64,000 nt of DNA, from contig CM097888.1 in assembly GCA_044892525.1 (NCBI GenBank), positions 12,896,001-12,960,000 on the forward strand, read 5' to 3'. Both the position numbers and the translations under genes were made by a program. The DNA is from Schmidtea polychroa. Taxonomy: Eukaryota. The stretch's first letter is position 1; each line of letters starts with the position of its first letter. Below are positions 56,157-64,000 of this stretch, piece after piece. The notes under the pieces were generated by a model, which was not told the DNA's origin, did not search any database, and saw nothing but the letters and a program-made list of their open reading frames with translations.

Positions 56157-59100
56157 CCAATCCAGCCGAATTCTAACAATCAGACCTATCTCAACATCAA
56201 TACCCGAACCAACCAACAACCGCCAGCAGAAGCATCAAATGGTTAGCAGTTCATAAACTCTAACTCAAACATTGGTGTTATCATATGCAGAAACTTTTAT
56301 TGTATATACAAACTATCACCTTAAGTGATACTTGCTTGGTCTTGATTTGACCTATATCTTAGAATAAAATTGTTTTTGTTATTGTAGTATAATTGTTTCG
56401 ATATATCCTTTTTATGAATGCATGAAGTAAGATAACTATGCAATTGCGGGACGCAATTTTGATGGGTCCCCGAGTGATTTGTTGGGCTGAGTCGAAGGGT
56501 AGTTGGGAAATTAGGGCAAACTTAACTAAAATAAAATAAAAAATAAAAACAAATAAATTGACAAATAAAATAGAATAAAACATAAGAAAAACAATAATTA
56601 GAAAATAGGAATTAAAACAAAAAATATAAAGATGAGAAAAAATTAAAATAGGACAATAGAATGGCGGAAAACAACGTAAAATATAGTAAATAATAAGAAA
56701 ATTAAGGAAAATAAATAAAAACATAATTTTAATAAAGAAAGTAAGAAGAAATAACTAAAAACAAGGAAAATAAATTAAATTAATAAAATTAAGCGGTACT
56801 CAATTCTAATTGGTCCGCGCAAACAAAAAATTAATATATAAGCAGGCATTAAAAACATAACAATTACTGTTAATCAAACCACCTCAATAGGTAAGTGAAA
56901 TTTAAACAAGACTACTGTTAATCAAACCACCTCAATAGGTAAATCTATTCTACGACAGAACAGAACTCCAGCAACTAACGCACGATAACTCACGAGGACA
57001 ATTCCAAGATTCAAGAGATTTTTACAGAACCAGACGATATTCGAGCATTAACTGATTCGACATAGTACCCTTTTCGACTCAGCCCATACTTGTAGCAATC
57101 CTTCGGTAAGGATTTTTGATTGCTTATTTTGAATTTTTAAGTAATGCGTATAGTTTAATAATATTTTTAATTTAAAAACTGGTTTTTCTTTTCGTTTGAT
57201 TTTCGAATGCTTTACTTAAATTAATAATTTGCTTAATAATAAATGATTTGCTCGTTAAGAATTATTGATCTTTTATGAATTAATTTTTATGAATTATTAT
57301 TGGAGACTATTCAATTTTGCGAGAAACGTGGCGTTGAGATACTCTATGTCATGGTGTGAGGTGCCTTCGGGAGCTCCACCGGTGGACATAGGGTATTTCA
57401 ATCACGCAGCTAGATTGGGCCGAAATGTGAGGGCTTCTTCACGGGTCCAATTGCTGAAGGTGCGACTAAAATCTATAGGTAAATGGTGGCAGAAAATTGA
57501 TAGTCATGTAGTGATTGAAAACAAAGATATGTAAGAAAGGAATCGGAGAATTTCGATGTATTCGCGCAGTGATTGAGGGTGTCACACTATCGTTTTCGAC
57601 TGCCGTTTTTGCTAAGCTTAAATTTTTCTCCATCATCAATGTAAGTTGTGCGTCAAAAAGTGTTCAAACCTTAGTGAGGCTATCTGTGACCTATCTTCGA
57701 TGTTCATACTTTTCACTTAAGATCTGTTTCGACCAATTGTTAGTCTAAGACCTTTTGAACTGGTATTCCGTTCATCTAAAAGTTCTCTTAAAGACATAGT
57801 TGCAAGGGAGTTCAAAGTAGATTGCTTCAGACAAGTATTAGGATTACTCGAAATGACTGTTTGTAAATAAATGGTAGAACCATGTAAAATGATTTAATCC
57901 AAAAAGTTATTCAGAATTGCATAAAACGAGTTTGTTCCAAATAAAAGCTTAAATTACATAAAATGATTCGCTATCATAAATTTTTAGAATTCTATATAAA
58001 AGGATTTACATACAATTAATTATCATGATTACATAAACTATTGGCATCAAATAATTTAAAAATGAAAAATGCAACCAATTCGAGCCAAGAAAAATATATT
58101 TCTTCAAGTTAGCCGATGATCTTGTTAATTAAATAAAAAATTCCAGTATTTCATGGGGTTGGCAATCCAGCAGGGATAGGTAGAAATCCTCCAGCACTTA
58201 GAGAGTAGATCGATAAACTAGGTTTGAGGAATTAAAGACGAAAAATCCACCCTTGGAGCAAGCTATATCCAACGTTTGCAATACAGATAATTATAATTTT
58301 TCCAATAATCCGGTGAGAATTAGTAAACCATCATCATATGCAGTAGAATTGTGAGCGATTACGCGGTAGATAAAATTCTGAGAGAATGCCATCATGCAAA
58401 CATTTAACACCTACATTTGTAGTGACGAGTATAAATAAGCGTGTGACAGCGCAACTTGCATGCGTCACCAGTTGCAGACATACCTAGTAGCCAAGTACAG
58501 TGGGCAAAGTCACACACGCATCTACTCCTGAAAAACCAGACCGAACACACCAGATGGAGTTTCTATTAACTAATTAAACTACCGACAGGTATCGGATTTC
58601 ACCGCTCCGGATTAAATGTCAACCACCGGGCTGACATTTCCTTATCCACCTAGCAGGAATGGTCGGCTACTAGCTCACATTGATACCGTGCTCAGTTATC
58701 ATAAAGGCAAAGTCTTTTAACGCTAAACCCGATCATAATCATGATTATTCTCTCTTTATTATCTTAGCATGAATGGCATAGAAATTATTTCATTTTTTGA
58801 CATAATTGTCATTAACATTAATATCGAATATTATTAAACAAATATTATTTAAACCGGGTAAAACACATATGCGAGTAATTTGAGAGAACGAATAAATAAT
58901 TAAAAATTTAAATAACCTTCCGTTTATCCTGTAGGAACTAATCAACAGACATTATGGACCCCCTTTTCCATAGATAGTCACTCGACCCCAGTATATGATA
59001 CACTCATCAAAATCACTCGTTCGGGGGGGGGGAAGTCAACAATTCAACTCGATTCTCAATAAACGTGAAATAATGACTTCAAGCGGATTATATAAATAAT

Positions 59101-59352
59101 CATTTTCATCGACCTAGAATTTCTCTCACTAATGGTAATATCTTCCTTTCCTTGTGCGAAATGTGGTTTGAGCGATTTATCCTCTTACAGTTAAAGATCC
59201 AAAAGGTATGAGGATCCATCGTGCAGTAGAACTTGTCTTGACTAGTAAACCCATATTTTTGTCTATGATCAGTAAAGTCGGAATGTGGTCAGATGATGAC
59301 ACTCCCGTCGATTTAATTATTCTCATTTTCATTTTTTCCACAGTCACTCAAA

Positions 59353-60102
59353 ATGTTGCCAAATTCCAAGACCGTTCTTCGACCTTGTTTTTCTTGCTCC
59401 GACAAGAATTCAATTATCAAGGAGCTCCAGGCCCAGATCGGAAAGCACAAAAGAAAGATAGATGAGTTAGAGGGGACATGGTTTAGTCCCACCCAGATGA
59501 AGGAGGTTCAGAAGAAGCTGCACCGAAGCGAGTACTGTAGAGACGCGTTGATTTCCGAGAGTCGGGCGCAGAGGAGCCTGATAAAAGAGCAGTCGGAGGC
59601 GCTGCACAAATTATACGTCCAGGCAGCAACTACAAGGAAGATCGCGAAGATCCCAATTAATGAAGCCAGTAATCTTTTCCCAGCGCATCATGATATCTCT
59701 GGCGGATCTTCTTCTCAAGTCGGAAAGTCCTGCCATGGGTGCGTAGAGACCGAGCTCTCACCTAAAGAACCAGAAATTATCTGTACCGGAACCAGTAAAG
59801 TGCTACCTGCGATAGCATCCACCTCCGCAGCACCCCCGACCAATCCAACGGCATCGAAGCCAAAACGTCGGCAATTATCGAGAGCCGAACGCAAAAAGAA
59901 ACAGCGGGAACGCGTAACCGCCAAACAGAACCAGCAATCGTCGGATCATCCAATCAAAGTCATCAACCCTCCTGCAGCAATTGATTTAGCATCAGTGATC
60001 TCAGGGCGAATCATCTCCGCCGCTGGTGTTACCTGGGAGGAAAACGCCTCTGAGTTTTTCGATTTGGAAGATCTATTGGCAGACTCGGAGTGGGAGAAAT
60101 GA
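59353..60102 (+). CDS. Second copy of the LTR-encoded 249-aa protein
   Basis: Identical except P>Q and one synonymous change. Confidence 0.7.
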   Translation: MLPNSKTVLRPCFSCSDKNSIIKELQAQIGKHKRKIDELEGTWFSPTQMKEVQKKLHRSEYCRDALISESRAQRSLIKEQSEALHKLYVQAATTRKIAKIPINEASNLFPAHHDISGGSSSQVGKSCHGCVETELSPKEPEIICTGTSKVLPAIASTSAAPPTNPTASKPKRRQLSRAERKKKQRERVTAKQNQQSSDHPIKVINPPAAIDLASVISGRIISAAGVTWEENASEFFDLEDLLADSEWEK

Positions 60103-60620
60103 GAACTTCCCCGTAAAAAGTCTTCGTTCTCTGAATTGACCTGAACATTGTCTGATAACATTTTACCTTGTCTCTTTTCCCGTTGTCGTGAACTTTATTG
60201 TATAGGTGTTAGATATATTTGTGTGATAATCTTAATAATAAACCATTTTTGTCTGCATACGTTTTTTTTGTGTTCATCTTAAGACAGTTGAGTTGAAATT
60301 GGTAAATGGTATTGAGAGTCATAAAATTATGAGGAGCATTAGTCAGTTGGTAAACTCAGCTAGAAATATTGCGATGGGGCGACGGAATGAGTAGACGTAA
60401 GTCCTTCTATCGGCAGTCAGGGTTGGGAAGTCGAGGCCTCAGTAAGGAGTAGTCCGAAGGAGCTGGCTCACCTGCTTACTGGCGTCTCGCCGGCATAGCA
60501 CAGTTCCAACGTGAAGCAATTCACGGGTGCTATGTTGGAGTGTAAGTTATGTACGGGTCCCGCTCGGCGATGACCAAATAAATGACGGGCGAAATTGAGG
60601 TGGGCATTCATCCTCTAGAC

Positions 60621-63212
60621 CAGGGGTTCCCAAACTTTTACCAGTCGAGACCCACTATTTAGACCGCAAAGTTTTCACGACCCACCTGTAAATAAAACAA
60701 GAAAAAAGCTAAAAATGTTGATTTACATATTTATTTAACACGCATATTTAAGAATAATTAATAGGATGAATGAGATGAATGAGCCTGCTTTCTATTTTTT
60801 GCAATAACATCTTCGACATCTACTTTTATATTTGTTGTTATTAAGCGAAGTGAGTTTGATAGCTGTAATTTGTTGCGATATTTATTTTTTATTGCAATCA
60901 TTGACGAAAATGCAACCTCGCATAGATAAGAAGTTGTGAAAGGAAGCAATACTTAACGCTGCGGTGTGTAAAGTTGGATATGTGTTTTGCACCGATAACC
61001 AAAACTGTAACAATTTCGTACCGTCAAAATGTAATTTAACAACACTATCTTCGAATAGCTCAATTAATTCCTCATCCACTATCGTCGATATACCGGTAAC
61101 TAAACCACTTTGAAATGGATTTTGAACCCATGTATATTATTCTAGATTTTTCATTTCTCCATAGAAATAAAAATCAAAATTTTCTTTAAGTCTGTCCAAA
61201 TGCTCAATTATTAAAGAAATTAAATCGTTATTGGGCGTTACTTCATTTTCAATGATAAAAGTTTGGAATGTATCAAAGCAGTCATATTTATTTTCTTGAA
61301 CATTATTTTTCCACAACATAAGTTTTTTTGTAAAACCTTTTATTTTACCATGAACCGAAAATATATCAATTCCATTTGTTCCTTGTAATTGTAAATTTAA
61401 ATCGTTCAATTTCGAAAATATATCTGCTAAATAAGTCAGCAAAACTACATATTTCACATCGCGCAAATTTGATGTGTACTCATCTTGTTTATGTTCATGT
61501 AAATATATTGCTACTTCTTCGCGAAGTTCAACAAGTCTTGTCAGGACTTTGCCTTTCGATAGCCAGCGGACTTCTGTATGCAGCAGAAGAGATTTATGTA
61601 AACTTCCCATCTCTTCGCAGAGTTTTTGAAATAATCGTGATTGTAATGGTTTGCTCTTAATAAAATTTACAATTTTTATAGCAGTGGTCAAAACAGTATT
61701 TAGACTTTTTGGTATATTTTTGGATACTAACGCTTCTCTATGAATAGTGCAGTGAGTCCACGTTGCATTTGGACATTTTTGAAGACAACGTGTCACAGCA
61801 CCACACATTGCTTTTGCACCGTCGCTACATATTCCGACGCAGTTTTTCCAATCCAGTTTTTTCAATGTTATATAAGTGTCGAGCGTATCAAAAATTATTT
61901 CACCAGTTCCTCGAATGATTGGTTCACAAAATAATATGTCTTCAAAGAACTCGTTGCACCATATAAAACGTATGAAAATAATTAGTTGGGACAAACCTTG
62001 TACATCGGTTGATTCATCCAGTTGCAACGCAAAAAGTCCACTAACTTGAATTCTATGGATAAGCTTATTTTCTACCCATTCGGACATTTCATCAATTCTA
62101 CGAGCAACTGTGTTATTAGAAAGTGGAATTGATTCAACTTCTTTTAAGCTCTGCTCTCCAAACATAATTCCAACAGCATCTTTTATAGCTGGAAGTACTA
62201 ATGACTCTCCAATAGTGTGCGGTTTACCGGATTGTGCAATTCGCAAACTAATGAGATACGAGGCGAACATAGCCTTTTCATTAATGCTGATGAAGCGAGA
62301 AAATAGATTTTTTGAATTATTTAATTCCTGTAATTTGGTTTTAAAATAATCAATAGGCTTATTTTTTAAATCGGAATGTTTCGTCTCAAAATGTCGTATT
62401 AATTTGTTAGGTCGCATACTTTCATTAGCCAGAATTTCTTGACAAATAACACACTGTGGGCGTGGATCATCTTCTTTTCTATTCCATGTAAATCCAAATT
62501 TTAGATATTCAGAATCATATTTTCTTTGGCCACGTTTTGATGATTGCGAACTTGTTGAAGGATTCTCACCAAATTTTCTCTTATTATCTGTTTTTGTTGC
62601 TACAGAACCTTCTTTTTCTTTTTCATTTTCAATTGTTTGATTTTGCCCAGGAGTCTTTTTCAACCACTTATCCATCGCAGCAATGGTTCTTTAAAAATAA
62701 GAATATTAAGAACTTTATTTATTACATGAAATACTATAGCACTAAATTTAAAAAATACTTACATTTGATTTTAAATTATGTTTTTTTATTAACGAAACAC
62801 TTTTATTAACAATATATATAAACTTTTTTATTAACAACACAACACCGTACTTAGTCCAAAACAAAATTTGCACTGGTTGTCTGAATATTTAAAGTTTGTA
62901 ATCCTAAATTTCTAATTAACCGTTATTTGTGTTTGGTTGCCTGGTTAAAATGTAGAAAAATGGTTGCTATGATGCGATTATTAGAAACAAGTTCTAAATA
63001 CAAAAATTTGCTAAAAAGAAGTTTAATTTTTAAACCACCTAAAAATATGCAATAATTTTTTGTCGCAAACCTACTTATATATAAATATTGTGACAAGTTA
63101 AGTAAAAGCAAATTAATATGCTCAGTAATACAAATATTAAATTTTTGGCGACACACCGAAAATAGCTTCGCGACCCACCAGTGGGTCGCGACCCACACTT
63201 TGGGAACCGCTG
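60621..63212 (-). mobile_element. Buster/ZBED5-type hAT transposon inserted in the 3' LTR
   Basis: TIR CAGGGGTTCCCAAA / CAGCGGTTCCCAAA; 8-bp TSD CTCTAGAC (60613-60620, 63213-63220); single empty site at 34452-34459 in the 5' LTR. Confidence 0.95.
60758..62675 (-). pseudogene. hAT Buster-type transposase with one premature stop (61137-61139) and one frameshift (about 60950)
   Basis: BED finger CVIC..RHFETKH, LDESTD, SDGA, HC..HREAL, RWLS; the dimerization domain LLPFTTSYLCEVAFS continues in a shifted frame. Confidence 0.92.
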
Positions 63213-64000
63213 CTCTAGACTAAAGCTGCACTAGAAAGGGGTCATCCGAGTAGTGTACCCGCAACAGTATCATTTGTTTGTACTCTGTTCCAAGTTATTC
63301 ATTGAATTGGCATTTTTGTTGTTGATGTTTAATTGGTTGTTTATTGTTAAATCTGAATATGGTGGAGTTTTGTCTGTTGCTGCTGGTAAGGTAGCCATGT
63401 TGTTTTGTTTTTGTTTGAAAAAGAGCCAGTTTTTTAATTAATGTTATTTAACTCTTTGACGACGAATTTTAAAAAATGAAATTTCTGTAACTTTAACGAT
63501 AGAAATCAGCTATATAGCTTGTTTAAAATGTGTAATGTTGATTTTGTTGGGTTATTGAGTTGGTGATAAAATTTATTGTTACTCTGACTCCAAGCGTGTC
63601 TTTATATAATTCACAAATAACACTTGACAACAGAAATCTTTATTGATAATCACAAATAAACTTTCACTTGACAATGACAATAAATTCAACACTCTGCTGG
63701 GTGACTATACAGTGCTTATTGCAACACTCGGTGAGGAATAGCACTTTCGTATAACACCGGATTAAAAGATCACAAATTACTGATTGGTTTCTAAACTGGG
63801 ATTTTGAGCTGGTTGTTTTCTTTGACTTTCTTTCAAACTTTATTCAAATAATCAATAACTTCTTTTCGTTTTATTATTCAACTAATTTTTCTCTTCAACT
63901 TTTCTCCAATAATTATTTTCCACAATTATTTCCATTACAATTATTTTGACAATCGTTTGTCCAACAACGTTTCGTCCAACGTCTAATTTTCTCCAATAAT

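Larger units (their letters stand above)
30327..63266 (+). mobile_element. Giant full-length Ty3/Gypsy LTR retroelement with env-like gene (32,940 bp; 30,340 bp without the nested hAT)
   Basis: Paired LTRs TGTTG..CAACA, 4-bp TSD GTAT (30323-30326, 63267-63270), PBS, intact gag-...-PR-RT-RH-IN ORF. Confidence 0.97.
56480..63266 (+). repeat. 3' LTR (4187 bp after removing the hAT and one TSD copy)
   Basis: Starts TGTTGGGCTGAG, ends GTACCCGCAACA, followed by GTAT. Confidence 0.97.

Noticed and set aside
37396-56219. Dozens of short minus-strand ORFs within the element
   Set aside because: Hydrophobic F/S/L/I-rich shadows of the A-rich sense strand; no motifs.
51428-56479. AATAAA in each spacer as proof of separate poly(A) sites
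   Set aside because: AATAAA is common by chance in such A-rich sequence; used only as weak supporting context.
30327-63266. The 4.2-kb repeats as a segmental duplication or assembly artefact
   Set aside because: TG..CA inverted termini, exact 4-bp TSD, adjacent PBS, small differences between copies and a one-sided hAT insertion all fit true LTRs.

Overview
AT-rich eukaryotic, probably invertebrate, scaffold with three N gaps; the host cannot be named from sequence alone. Positions 1-30326 are mostly decayed mobile elements (Maverick/Polinton-type PolB remnants, a Penelope-like element with hammerhead motifs, a decayed Gypsy, a solo LTR, hAT/Tigger fragments, a hAT MITE). They also hold one intact host gene, DCAF13/SOF1 (7 exons, 40-50 bp introns), with a partial duplicate of its 3' end. 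Positions 30327-63266 are a single young, giant Ty3/Gypsy LTR element, 30,340 bp once a 2.6 kb Buster-type hAT inserted in its 3' LTR is removed. It has near-identical 4.18 kb LTRs (TGTTG..CAACA), a GTAT target-site duplication and a tRNA-Pro PBS. Its uninterrupted 4617-aa polyprotein reads Gag - three ubiquitin-like domains - Bcl-2-like domain - signal peptide plus chuvirus-like class III envelope glycoprotein - PR-RT-RH-IN - two ankyrin clusters - second small membrane protein. Separate ORFs encode an IAP-type RING protein, a full-length TRAF, three coiled-coil proteins, a type I membrane protein and an LTR-borne basic/acidic protein. The 3' spacers are rich in Pumilio-type TGTAHATA motifs, and the LTR looks like a self-contained spliced gene. 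The best candidate for a new system is this enveloped giant retroelement with apoptosis/NF-kB-modulating cargo. Domain calls are by motif recognition only; no searches were run.
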